Below are positions 51,127 through 64,000 of a DNA stretch of 64,000 bases, one piece after another. The notes under the pieces are model-generated. The model searched no databases. It was not told where the DNA came from and saw only the letters and a program-made list of their open reading frames with translations. Within the stretch, counting starts at the first letter, position 1, and each line of letters starts with the position of its first letter. The translations under genes were made by a program, and so were the position numbers. The DNA is taken from assembly GCF_001194135.2 (NCBI RefSeq), contig NC_068990.1, positions 93,359,873-93,423,872 on the forward strand. Direction: 5' to 3'. The DNA is from Octopus bimaculoides. Lineage: Eukaryota.

Positions 51127-53268
51127 TATATGACTTAAACAGTAGCATTAGTTACAAGGGTTTGAACTTATTTTAAAGTTAGGAGTTACTAACACAATGT
51201 GACAACTGAATCACATGTGGAACATAGCTTATTTAATATTCTAAAGAATTGCAAGAATTTTTCCATTAAGGTACCATTATCTTTGAAGAAGCAAAGATAT
51301 TTTTCACAATTTAGTTTCTGAATACAGAAACAAAAAAAAAAAGCTGAATGAAATGAAAGCCAATAAACTTCAGGAGGTGGAGGGGCTTGGGGGGGGTAGT
51401 CTTGAGCATTTGGACTCATAAGGACTATAAACCCCATTTTCATGGTGGATAGAGACGAAAGTCAGAAGATTCCCTGAAATGAGATAGCAGCCTATTGTAG
51501 AGTTCAAGGCCAGCAATTTCTAGAAGAAGGGCAAGGTGATTACATTGACCTAAGTACTTCATTGGTACTTCATTTTATTGACACCAAAAGGAACAAAGTT
51601 GACCTCAACCAAATTTGAACTCCGAAAGGAAATAACCAGAAGACAAACCAGAAAGCATTTCGTCCGAAATGCTAATGATTCTAATGATTCTACTGGCTCA
51701 TAGTCTACAGAACGGTAAACATTGGCACCGAAATAGAAACTGGTTCATAAGAATAATAAAGTAAAATGATGGAGGTTTGTATTTAGGGAGGAGAGAAATA
51801 ACGTCAGTTATCAAGAGTCATAAAGTGGATTATGTCAGTGAGAAATCACCATGGTTACGCTGTTCTACCAGTAAATAGCTCTACTAACAACAAAAGTACA
51901 ATCATTAGTTTTGGTGAGAATCAACTTTGAATGGCCTCAATATTTACAGAATTGTACTTTAGATGGAAAAGAAACTAGAAACTGAGGTAGGATGTTGGGA
52001 TGGAATGGAGTGGTGTTGTATATGAGTGCTGGCATATAAGAATGTGTGTGTGAGTGTGTGTGTTTGAATGCAGTGTTTAGTGTAGAGTGTTAATGAGGTG
52101 CAGAGCGTGATGTTGGTGTGGTGGGCTGCTTTGGAGTGGAGTGCTGCATCAGTGTACAATTTGGTGTGAAGTGTACTTTTGTTACAGAGAATGGTGCTGA
52201 AGTGGACTGCAGTGTTAATGTTGAGTGTGGAATTGGTGCAGATTAGAATGTTAGTGTAGAGTTGGTGGGGGGAGGTATGGGTAATGGTAAACAGAATATA
52301 TTTCTTTCTTTTTCTTCAGAAACTGAAAATGAATCAACTTGAAGAAGTTTATTGTTCAAGCTAATAAAATGTCTGAAAATAAGAGACTGACAAAACAAAA
52401 AATGGAGATAAAAGATTCATTTATTTGAGAGAAGAGAACGTGTTCTGCACGTGAGAGAATAGCAGAGAAAATCCTATCAGGAGAGAATTATTAGGGATTA
52501 TTACGATCAAAGTGTTTGATTATATAAAGGAAACATCTGAGCAGCAGATAATCTCAACACAGCTTACAGCAAACAATTACATGAATCTCACAGAAACAGA
52601 TTATTCTAGTCCAGAGATTAACAGAGATTAATTCAATATGAAAGTGGAATTACCTCATGAGAATGTACAGAACAAAAAAAAAACCTTTTTTGTTCTTATT
52701 TTTTGTTTTATTTATAAATGTTTTTATTTTTTGTTGACGGTGGGGAGAACTGTTTATAAATATTTATATAATTAGGAGAAATATTACTAGCTTTTAGCAT
52801 TTTAGGACAGTAGGGCAAAGGTCAGCCAATACTACAAGAGCGTTAAAGGTCACATTTATAGTGAGCTTCTGATAATCATCAACGCTGCCCCACCACACAC
52901 CAATGATTTCTTTCTTTCTAACATTTAGCTGCCAGTGTATTAATTTCTTTTGTGCAACGGTCGTACATGTGCATACATGTAGAACTGAGAAAGAATGTCG
53001 CCCATCCCTTCGTTCCTTGTCATACACATGATCCTCTCTCGTGTCTTTGATCATCATCTACTTTTCTTTCTCCATTCCTGTGTAAAGTAAGCAATTTCTA
53101 ATAAACACACATGACCACACCTTTCCGAGTCGGGGGGGGGGGGGGTTGATTCAATCAGCCGCACAAGTCAACAGGTATTTTATCTCATCACTCCAAGAAT
53201 GATAAATAACAAAGTTGACTTTTGTGAGATTCATGTTGAGGACATAAAGAGTTTTAAATACAGCAAAG

Positions 53269-53307
<39 letters not shown>

Positions 53308-53456
53308 CTCAATGAACTTACAAGTGTGGGTTGGGCAGGTCTCAAACACTATAATTTACCATACATCTAAATATACGCAGGCCTGGTTTAATGAGTTTTC
53401 TGTTCTCTGTTTATCTCTCTCAAAATAAAGTACTTTTCACCATCAACTTACATCAT

Positions 53457-53502
<46 letters not shown>

Positions 53503-56500
53503 ATACACACATATATATATCTCCAACACATTTACTCTGTCTACATCAACCTATATCTTTTGATACACATCTACTAACTTAAACCTGTTCTTATTAGCAG
53601 CATGGCACATCCAGTGGACCAGACTGAGTTTAGTTCTCTGCAAGTCATGTGCATGCACTGACCATTCATAGCCCTAACCCTAACCCTAACCTACATATCA
53701 TAAAGGGCCCACAAGACACAGCACATACTTCACAACCACAAACCACACATAATGTTGTCCACGTTCCACTACCCTACCCCCATCCCACATCTCCTACACA
53801 CCACATGTAGTCCTCTCCATGTTTCACTACCCTACCCCCACCCTGCATCTCGTGTCAAGCTGAAACTCTCATTTAAATTTCACATCAATATAACAAAATG
53901 TTAAAAAAAAAATGTTGACACTGGACAAACTGGACAAACCATGTATGTAAGGCAGTCAGTCGGTGGGGCAATTATTGAGTGTGAATGTAGTAAAACAAGT
54001 TTTAGATTAAAGTTGTGCATCATTATATAATAATACAAGGTCTACCAATAAATCTCTCCCACCACTACCTATACATTAACAGTAAACTTCTGTAGTAGAT
54101 TTAGATCATATTGACTATAAAATCTCATCTTTTCATAGCAATCCATATGAGACCACCCTTGATTTTGTGGTATAAATCTCCTGCTTCAAAGTGATCTAAT
54201 TAAAAACCTTGCACCAAAATTTAATGTTAATTCCAAAGACTAGATTAATAATGCCAAAGTTTTGTTACCTGCTGCCTTCTTCATTTTTTTAAAAAATTAA
54301 TTAAAATATCCAAGGATCAACCTATGATCAAGAAGACCTGTAATTAGAAACACCTTAGCCACAGCCATTAACTCCTATACAAATTTTTCTTGGACTATAT
54401 CCTGTAATGTGTGCTTCCTTTTTATAATATGCAAGGTTGTGATCTGAAGGAACATTGACTGCTATTTCTAACAGTCTATGCGACTACATAGAGGTAGTCT
54501 TGGTACATTCATTATTTGTTGCTCCAGTTTCCCTCTCAACTGGCTGTGATGAGGAACAGGTCCAGTCACACTTCAGATTCAGATCCAACTTCATGCATGG
54601 CAATTATTATTATTTGCACACAGCCTAGAAACCCATACCCAAGCACGGTCACCCTTTGCTCTAACAAGACTTCGACACTAAAGCTGTAGCAGTAATTATC
54701 AAACACTGGTGCACCAGGGATTTTGGCACAAGTCCAGCAATTTTAGGGGAAGGGATAAATTAATTGCATCAACCCCCAGTGCTCAACTTGGTACTTATTT
54801 TAATGACCCCAAAAAGAAAAAAAGGCAAAGTCAACCTGGGCAGCATTTGAACTCAGAACATCAAGAGTCAGAAGAAATGCTGCTAAGCACTTTGGCCAAC
54901 ATGTTAATGATTCAGCCAGCTTGCCACCTTCAAGCCTTCCAGACTGACAATGAAGGAGTGGAGGCCAGGGCTGGGAGATCTTGCAGGCATTCATTTCAAT
55001 TTGGTTTAGTTGTAAACAGGCACCAAGAGGAAGTACACTCTGCATAGCTGTAAATAAGTACCACATGATGGTATAAACTACAGAGCTGTGAATGGGTACC
55101 ATAAGGAGGTATAATCCACATGGCAGGAAATAGATGCTACATGAAGTAGCTGTACACAGTATAAGTGAATGTTTTGTTAGTTCGCAAAGTTTGGTTCAAA
55201 CAACATTATGATGACACTCCAAGACTGACTGAGGTGGAATCCAGAGAGAGAAGAGTTTCTCAGCATCTAGAAATCTGGGATAAACTCCAACCCACCTTTA
55301 TACAGCATAGCAAAATACGTGTGCACACACGAGCAAACAGAATGTGTAAAAAGAAAAAAGTGAATGGTAACGAGTAAATGAATGAGCCATTAATGTAGAG
55401 AGACAAGAATGCATAGATTATTGAAACCGTTGGTTTTGTGCCACAAGAACTGTGACGTTCACAGCAGGGAAACAGGGTAAGGAGATGGTTGTGGGGTATG
55501 AAGAGTGATGGAAATAGTGACGGTGAGTTGGGGACTGTGGCAGGTTTACCTTAGGTATGAGTATATACAGGTGTGTGTGTGTGTGTGAGAGAGGCAGTGT
55601 TCATGTAGGGAGAAATATAATTTGTGAAACAGAGACTGTACTTGTATGACAGTGATGTATGTGTTTGTGGAAGAGACTCTGTCTGTCTGTCTGTGTGTGT
55701 GTGTGTGTGTACACACACATAATAAATAGTTGTAACTGTGAATGATGGAAATGGATGTTAGGAACTAAGGGTTATGCTAAGGTCCATGAAGATAGGATGG
55801 AGAATGAACTGAAAAGGGAATAGTGTCCTCACTGCGTACCTCCACCCATCCCCATTACTGGAGAGAGAGAGATCTTTGTATATATGTGAAAGGCTGCGTG
55901 AGAGAGAAAAACTCCATCGATCCCAGTGAGAGAGACTAGAGTTATATTCACAGTAGATGCAGTAACATCCAAGCGAACACAAAGAAGTTTCATGTCCATT
56001 ATGGTTATTTTGTAATGTTTGGGATGATGCTACAAACATCGAGGAAGAGACGGAGTAGATGTGATCGACCAGTGCTCGACTTCAGCTAAATTTAAACTTC
56101 GGTAGTAACAATTCTGGACAGAAAATAGTGGAATTGGAAAAGAAGATTTTGGTGTCTTTTCAGATTCTGTGTTCAAATCTTGTCAAAGTTGACAATGCCG
56201 TACCTCCTCTGGGGTCGGTCGGTTCAGTGCATGGTCTCCACAAGCATAATCGCTAAGCAACCAAATCTTCCTCAAAATCACTGATGGTTTTGATAAAGTA
56301 TAATACATTAGAAAAGATTGATTGATTACAGCCAGAACACTTTTGATCATAGGTTTAGTCTGTCAGGACTGACCGGGGGTTAAACGGTATATTATGGTCT
56401 TGTGACAATGTAAGAAGAAAAATCAATAACGATTTCTTAACGGCAGGTAAAAATGAGATTTGGTGACATACAACCACAATAATTACATTATAACCAAAGC

Positions 56501-56559
56501 ATGATTCTACTCCATCTAGAATACACGTTGATATTGATGTTTCTAACATTAAAGACACA

Positions 56560-56900
56560 GCTATCTTCAAAAATGTGTAAAGATCAATAACATCTGAAAT
56601 CTATTCCCTGGAAGGCAGGGATTATTGAGAACGGCTGAAAGAGATGAACACCAATGTTATGCCAGTCTGTATCTAGGAACTTGCAAAACCTGGCACCAAA
56701 CAAAACAAAGATTTTCATAATGCCAAGAGAAGAAGAACATCTTTCCAATGTACACCAGTTGCTCAAATGAAGCACAGACACTGGGAGAGAATTCGTCCCA
56801 AATCACGGGTTGAAAACTCCTAACGTATTGTCAAAAGAAGGCAAATTTTGACAAATACCTATGAACAATTCCAAATTGAAAACGAATTCCTTGTTACAGA
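56560..56900 (+). mobile_element. Degraded CR1/L2-clade LINE ORF2 3' end
   Basis: Broken frames give SLEGRDY*ERLKEM, ..LQNLAPN and ANFDKYL*TIPN, resembling the Y-W-ERLK..WKIL..L-PN..LDKYL..IPD C-terminus of these retrotransposons. Confidence 0.5.
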
Positions 56901-57915
56901 TGGTAAAGGATACGAGTTAAGTTCAAGCCTTGGAACATTCTAAAAACCATTAGAAATTCTTACAGACACAAAGGCAAAAAAATTGTTATGTCAAGGACAT
57001 TAGCGACGTCAATGAAATTGAATCAACTGGTTACAACCGAGTTGAAAAACTTTGCACAATAATTTCTCTTCATAAAAACATTGAGGAAAGAGTGTTGGGA
57101 GGGAAGAGAATGCGATCATTTACGTGAAACTCGTTATTAAACCCTTCAACTTGGATAAAGCATAAACGTTCATTTTGTGTGCTAACCTCAACCATCCTGT
57201 CTGTTTCAATGAGGCCAGTGCCTGCTTAGCCTATCCATAAGGTTTTACATAATGTACAGGTGAGACGAATGAAACTGTAGAAGCCCCAGGTTAATCCTGA
57301 TTGAGCAAACTTATGAACGCAAGCTTTCAGGCGTGACCATCCTATAGTTTTAGGAATACATCTCTTATTTAAGATTCTAGAGTGTGATTCAAGATTTTGG
57401 CTGCTTTTTCTAGCAGGTCATTGGTTGGAAGAGACACAGGTGAAATATAAGGCTGAGCACTTTCGCCCTCAAATTCTTCTACTATAAGAAGAAGAAGAAG
57501 TGTATCAATCGATTAAGGAATACCATGAGAGTGCTTGCTAGAGAAAATCTTAACTTTAAGTACATCGATATTGTAATAAAATCAACCGTCAGAACTGCTG
57601 AAAGAGTTGCCTTGCTCGTTATAATGGCAGAAACAATGAGACTGGGGACAAGCAAAGGAGGAGAGTTGTTGCAGAGAGACACTATTCGAGATAAACACTT
57701 AAATCTAGTCTGTATTGTCAACAGACAATAAAAGAGACAGCAAAAGAGCATCGAGAACTAAGGAAGAGGTCTTAGACTGTTCTCGACACCTGTATCTTCC
57801 TATTCCTTCTGGCCTTTGAACAAAAAAATACTCCGATATTAATTAACAAAATATATACAGCCGTGATGCACAAATTTCATACACACACAGATATATATAT
57901 ATATATACATACACA

Positions 57916-57949
<34 letters not shown>

Positions 57950-58654
57950 CGTGCATGTGCAAGTTGACGGTGACTTCGCAGTTTCGGTTCAGTTTCCTTA
58001 GATTTATAGGAAGCGACGAAAGCAGCAGAACCGAAACTTGGAAATCACTGTCAATCGATCCTATGTAAAAACAAAACTAGATATCATACTTCATTCAGTT
58101 AAATATACTGAGCGATGATCCTTCAGTTAATGCTGTTCGATTTAAATATAAACCATAGACATAAGGTATAACACTGTATACGTGATACAGTTGTGAATTT
58201 CATTTTGTTTACTTCCTACTTAGAAACGATGGGACTACCTTATGTTGTAGAGGCACACTGTTACATATATATACACACGTGTGTACGTATATATTTATAT
58301 ATAACTGCATTGTCTTAAATGGACTTAAAAAATCCACAATATTAGACGTGTAATGAGAAAGAGGGGGGGGTATAAGAATAAATGTAACAGAAAAATTTTA
58401 TGGAGATATTATTACATTATGAAGAATAAGATCTTTAAAAAAAATCTGCACAGAAATGGTTAATATAAAACAAAATAGTGAATATAATCATTAGTAAATT
58501 TAAAAAAAAACAAAAAAACAATGACAATTGATTAAGAAAATGAAAAAGAAATAGTGATGATCATGTGTGGGTTTGAGATGAGACTTGGTAAGTGGCAGAC
58601 ATAAATGTGGAAAGAAAGAAGGAATAATAATAGATTAGATGGAGTGGAACAAAC

Positions 58655-58702
58655 CTCTTCGACTGACAGTGGCATACATATTCTGTATTCTTTAATGTAC
58701 AT
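58655..58702 (-). CDS. PITPNC1: PITPNC1/rdgB-beta coding exon 1 of 10. Full CDS complement join(58655-58702,37915-38063,35581-35669,34883-34890,33343-33414,32849-32947,31521-31580,29802-29897,22872-22935,21985-22079), 780 nt, 259 aa
   Basis: 48 nt; MYIKEYRICMPLSVEE (human PITPNC1 MLLKEYRICMPLTVDE); donor gtttgt; in-frame stop upstream of the ATG; intron 1 is about 20.6 kb. Confidence 0.94.
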
Positions 58703-58706
58703 TGTC

Positions 58707-58741
<35 letters not shown>

Positions 58742-59170
58742 TCTTGTGTTCTCCAATTACTTTGACTGGACTTTGGCAGAGCGGGCTTGAAGAAGAGTTT
58801 CACTATGAATATAGAGGCGATATTAATGAATATTTATCTGTTTGTTGTTCACTACAAGTTAGTAATTTAAACAATAAGCTGGAAGGAGACGATGAAACTG
58901 GCCGCGATGTAAGCTGTTGTATATTTAAGATGTGAATGGAAATTGGTGGTCAACACTTTGAACAGCCGGTCGAGTGAAAGGTCAGTGTTTGGTGGTTCCC
59001 AGGTAAACAGTGTGTGCAGATGCACTGTCGTTGGTGCACTGCAAGACAACGACTGAAGCCAGTAAGTTGTTGGAGCAACATCTTTCAGTAAGCCATGTGC
59101 TTGCCGTGATTCCAGCACCGCCTCCAGCGACTCCCTTCTTTTTCTACTCCGTCTCTTCCTCACACACCTT
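58703..59170 (-). promoter_or_regulatory. Probable PITPNC1 5' UTR and promoter-proximal region
   Basis: CpG-rich, and free of minus-strand ATG from 58703 to 59078. Contains an (AAT)n tract just before the start codon. The transcription start site is not determinable. Confidence 0.5.
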
Positions 59171-60777
59171 CCTCACTTCTCTCAACTCTTCCTATCACCA
59201 TCTCTCCCACCTTCACCAATTAACACATTCAGGTGATGTTCACCGTGAAACCTACTTTACTACTTACCCTCACTCCTCACCTCTTTCTTCTACCCCCCCT
59301 CTCTCTCTCACTTAAGCTACTTACTTGTCATTCTTTCTATCTCTCTCTCTTTCTCTCGCTAAGCTACTTATTTTTCTCTCTACCTTTTCCATTCTACTAC
59401 CCCTCTCTCTCTCTCTTTCAGGCCTCCTAATAACCCCTCATTCTCTCACTAATCTATTTTTTGTCTACTGCTCCCTCTCTCTCTCTCTCTCTTTGCAGCC
59501 TCCGCTGTTTATCCACCTCTCTCTCTCTCTCATCGATATTCCCAGGTTTCACATCCTGTTGCATTCTATCGATCAGTTTCCTATAACATTCGAGCGATGC
59601 AATTGAGACAGGGAGGTGTTGGATTACATACACACTTCACAGTGTTTAGATTTCGTTCTCTTCTGTAATTGACTTTTTCTCGTATCCTCCCAGGTCCAAC
59701 CAATAACGTAATTTACTTTTAAATTATTACAGATAAGCTATTGGTCGATTGAATTAACCCTTCCAATACTAGTTTCGTAGAAGTCAGAGAAAAAAAGTTG
59801 AACTCCACTCTGGCAGCATTTTTAATTGAGATAAAAAAAATTTCTTATTTATTTAAATACTGTTTAGATTCGCTGTCCATGGTACCTCTACTCGTAGTTG
59901 GGTAATGAATTAAGCGTTCTCCTGTATAAACATTAGCATTGCACCAGATCTAGGCATCTCACTGGCAGAGTGAATAAAACGTATTTGTTCCATCTCTGCG
60001 TTCGAATCGTGCCAAGGTCAACTGTGCCTTTCGACCCTTTCAGTACTAATCCAAGGCAGCGGATTAGGGAAATTGTAAAAATAAAAAAAATTAAAAAACG
60101 ACATTGGACAAGATGCTTTGCAGTATTTGTTCTGTCTGGCTCTTTGCGTTCTGAGTTCGAATCCTGCCATGGCCAGTTGGGTGGTAGACTTGACTCACCG
60201 TCCAGTTTAGCACGACTGCCTGACACCTTTGGAGGCCTTTAACAGAGTCTATATGGGCCAGGTTGCCTCTTTTGAGGGTGTCTTCTCTCTCACTAGTCTT
60301 AAAGAATTTTTATCTTTTATTTATTCAAGTCACGAATAAATATGTATGTATGTATGTGCAGACTTGTATGTTTTATGTGTGTCTTCTCATGCATATAGTT
60401 GCATATCTAGACATGCTCATATATATATTTAAATGATACACTTCTGGAAACTTCTACAGATTTTAACAGTTCCAGTGATGGCTTGGATTTGTAGTCTTCG
60501 AATTAGCTTTCTCCTTTCTGGTTTTGAGAAGCTTAATTTCTCAAGATTGGTATTTAGGCAGTGTATTACATATCCCAGTGACTCAATAATTACAGGGTGT
60601 ATGTATGTATGTATGTATGTACATCATATGTTTGTATATATTTATATATATATATATATATGTATTTATACATATGTATATACATCTATCCATCCATACA
60701 TATAACTAAATAGATTGATAGATATGTATACAATGTATGCATATACATAAATGCACCCCCCACACACATACATATAT

Positions 60778-60841
<64 letters not shown>

Positions 60842-61148
60842 ATATATGTATATATATATATATACGTGGGGTGTGTGCATGTATATATATGTATTGTAAA
60901 TGTGTGTGTGTGTGTAATGTTATTCTCATCTAAACTCAAGTTTGAGATTAACATCTAAACAAAACACAACTCACTGACTGCTCTCCCATATCTATTGCTT
61001 GCCGGCTGATCTACTGATTACAACACACTAACTTCACTATATTTTTTCCTTTTTCTCTAGCGATCAGGAGTAAACACAGACTGAATTTTTATAAATTTAT
61101 GGATAAACATTGAAAACAAAGTGTTTCTGTGCAAATACACAAAGCCAG

Positions 61149-61500
61149 TGTGTATGCCTCTGCAGATGTGTATATATAAAGTGAAACCCTAATGCATTTA
61201 TACATTAGCTTTTGTATATCAACTTAAAAGATGTTGGTAAGAACATGAATATGCTTATAAAATCAAAATGGAAAGAAAATAAAAAAAGACCTGTGCTGCA
61301 CCCATGGCTGTTGGAAACATCTTTTTACCCTCAGAATAGTTGAAGCATTGAATAAACTGCCCAGGGCAGTTGTCTGTTGTCAGGACACTAATGCATCCTT
61401 CAACAATTCCATTTTTTCCCTTCAATTTACCAAAACTACACCTGACTTGCCTAGTTAGGGTTTCACTTTATATATATACATATCTACAGAGACATACACA
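61149..61500. mobile_element. MITE-like element with about 45-bp inverted ends
   Basis: tgtgtatgcctctgcagatgtgtatatataaagtgaaaccctaa pairs with ttagggtttcactttatatatatacatatctacagagacatacaca. Confidence 0.65.
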
Positions 61501-64000
61501 GATATGTATGGGTCAGACAGAATTTTTCAAGGCAGATTTTCTATGACTGGATGCCCTTCCTGTCACCAACCCTCACTCATTTCTACTCTGCAAAGTAATA
61601 TTTCCCCATGCCTAGACCTATCTCCATGGAAGACTAGAAATGAAGGACATTGCTTTTATGATGTTGGTGCTATGTAAAGACATGGGGACGGACACACAGA
61701 CACACACATATGCATGCACATGACAGGCTTCTTTCAGTTTCCACCTACCAGGATTATTGTAGAAGTTACTTACCCAAAGTGGAACAGAGTGGAATTGAAC
61801 CCCAAATTATGTTGTTGGAAAGCAAAGTTCTTAACCACATAACTACACCTGCAGTTGATCTTCAAGAGCATTTTGTCCGCTTGTTGGACCAAGTTGTAGT
61901 CATTTGATGGTTTGGCACCAACCCCAGCAGCATCTGACACCATTATATTATTCTCCCTCTGTACTCTTGATAAAACAACCTTCAGCATTATTACTTCAAC
62001 TCACTGATTGACATGATATTTCTACTGTTCTATTGTTGGGCAAGTCTCTTAACTCATCTCAGCCTCAAGTGGAAGAGAAACATAACAATAAACAGTGATA
62101 AATATTTTATGTTCAGATAAAAACCATCAGTTTTTCTAATATCCCCCCACTCTCCCTTCCCTATACCCCAGTTTTTTTTTTGTTTCTTTTTTTTTTGTAT
62201 CACTTAATCAAAAATTCATTTATCTTGTACAAACATAACGAGTGTTCGATTTATTAACCTTTCCTAATCAGAAATTTTTATCTTTTAGTGATTCTTTGCA
62301 TTCACTTCAAAAGGGTCGATAGCCGTCCACACTTCAGAGCCCCTTGGGAGGGCTCTGGCCCAGCACAGCAAGCGAACAGAGAATGGTTCAATAATGCAGG
62401 GTGACTCATAAGGAAGGGCTACTTTTAAAGTAACCAAGTAATGAGGACTGGATCGAACACATTTATTAGGAAATCTTATAAATAAACAAAAGGTGTCCTA
62501 GCACCATGAGATGCCCAGTATTTCCATTTACTCAGCTACTTACAGTGGTAAAGTATTCCTCCTCATGGTACCTATTTACAAATAGGTTGAGTGAGGGTTC
62601 GGTAGCATTCTTGAAGATCATGATGTAGACCTGTTAACAACACAAGAATATCATAGGCCACCAGTTCTCTACCCAAACTAGTTCTAATAATGGTTTCAAA
62701 TTTTAGCACAAGGCCAGCAATTTTAAGGGAGGGAGAAAGTCCCTTACATCAACCCCAGTACTCATCTGGTCCTTATTTTACTGACCCTAGAAGGATAAAA
62801 GTCGACCTCAATGATATTCGAACTGAGAATATATTTCTTTATTGCCCACAGAGGGGACAAACGAGGACAGACAAAGGGATTAAGTCGATTACATCAATCC
62901 CAGCACGTAACTGGTACTTATTTAATCGACCCAAAAAAGGATGAAAGGCAAAGTCAACTTCGGCGGACAAAATACCACTGAGCGTTTCACCCAGCGTGCT
63001 AACGTTTCTGCCAGACCAAACTGAGAATATAAAGAACTGGAATGGAGGCTGCTGAACCTTTTGCCGGACTTGTTAACCATTCTGCCAATGCCATTCCTTC
63101 AAACCAGTCGTAATGGTAGAGAGAACAGAAGGTGAGGCAGTTAATATTGATAGAAACATTGTTTTTATCTTAGACAAACCCTATCGTTTCAAGTAGAAAT
63201 TGTATTGAGACTGGAGTAGACACATTAAATAATCAACNNNNNNNNNNTTGGCTTTCTTTGACAATTATCTTTTTTTTTTTTAGATACTGATTATATATTA
63301 ATGACTGTCTGACCAGCTAAGTGAAGTGACCAGTCAACAGCTTCTAGAGTTGGTTAAAAGTACACAAGGTGTATATACTATTGTGGGTCATGCAGTGGGT
63401 TTGCAGATATTGGAGTAGATGTTTTGTGTCAGGCATGGAGAAAGAAAGGAGCTGAATAAGAGCGATTGAATGAATGAACGAATAAATAATAATAATTGTC
63501 TCTTTGAGTTACAGGAGGAGGCAGTACTTGGAATCTTTGCTGATTTGTTATTGCCTGCTTTTGAGTAAAGAATAACTGGTAATTAAGAACTATCCGAGAG
63601 TCTTTCAGAATAATAATAATGATGATGATGATGATAATAGCTGGTACTTAATTTATCGACCCTGAAAGGATGAAAGGCAAAGTCGGTGGAATCTGAACTC
63701 AGAATGCCAAGCACTTCGTCCAGCATGCTAGCGGTTCTGCCAGCTTGACACCTTAATAACAACAACAACAACAACGTCAGTATTTATGGAATAACAAAGA
63801 AAACAACCATTTCTAAAATGATATAACATTTTTTATACAGAAAAATGTGGCAACAATTTACATTTACAAGAATTTACAGATTTTTCATTTCATTTTTATT
63901 TATTTTTTTGTGTATTTTTTTTTAAATATTTCTTCTTTATTCTGTTTGATGGTTATCTTTTGTTTTGTTTTCTTCAGTGGGTACAGTGGGAGGGGGAAAG

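Noticed and set aside
57482-57751. Overlapping 68-aa (+) and 89-aa (-) ORFs in PITPNC1 intron 1
   Set aside because: No recognisable motif and no convincing splice or promoter context; probably chance or a decayed repeat.
63284-63562. Plus-strand exon-like pieces (QLSEVTSQQLLELVKSTQGVYTIVGHAVGLQILE; EEAVLGIFADLLLPAFE)
   Set aside because: The strongest acceptor leads to stops in all three frames, and I could not build a phase-consistent model.

Overview
This is AT-rich, intron-rich eukaryotic DNA, dense in microsatellites and SINEs. I infer an octopod cephalopod (Octopus-like) from the repeat families, not from a database match. It has 11 N-gaps; the largest are 6755-7371, 17347-17756, 18762-19255 and 46439-47040. 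Two convergent spliced genes were rebuilt by hand with GT-AG junctions and matching phases. (1) PTS (6-pyruvoyl-tetrahydropterin synthase): + strand, 6 coding exons, 11155-16200, 152 aa. (2) PITPNC1/rdgB-beta (class IIB phosphatidylinositol transfer protein): - strand, 10 coding exons, 58702-21985, 259 aa, including an 8-nt micro-exon. The rest is tRNA-derived SINEs, Tc1/mariner and piggyBac-type MITEs, a CR1-like LINE remnant, foldback elements and simple repeats. Almost all ORFs in the supplied track are microsatellite or N-gap artefacts. Top lead: a second spliced ORF of about 94-97 aa, unidentified, whose AUG overlaps the PTS stop codon (AUGA), suggesting a bicistronic PTS mRNA. Second lead: a near-canonical type I hammerhead ribozyme at the tip of a long hairpin in PTS intron 1, with a decayed copy inside a long-TIR element at 25.8-26.2 kb. 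No database search or folding program was run. All homology statements are by-eye comparisons with remembered sequences.
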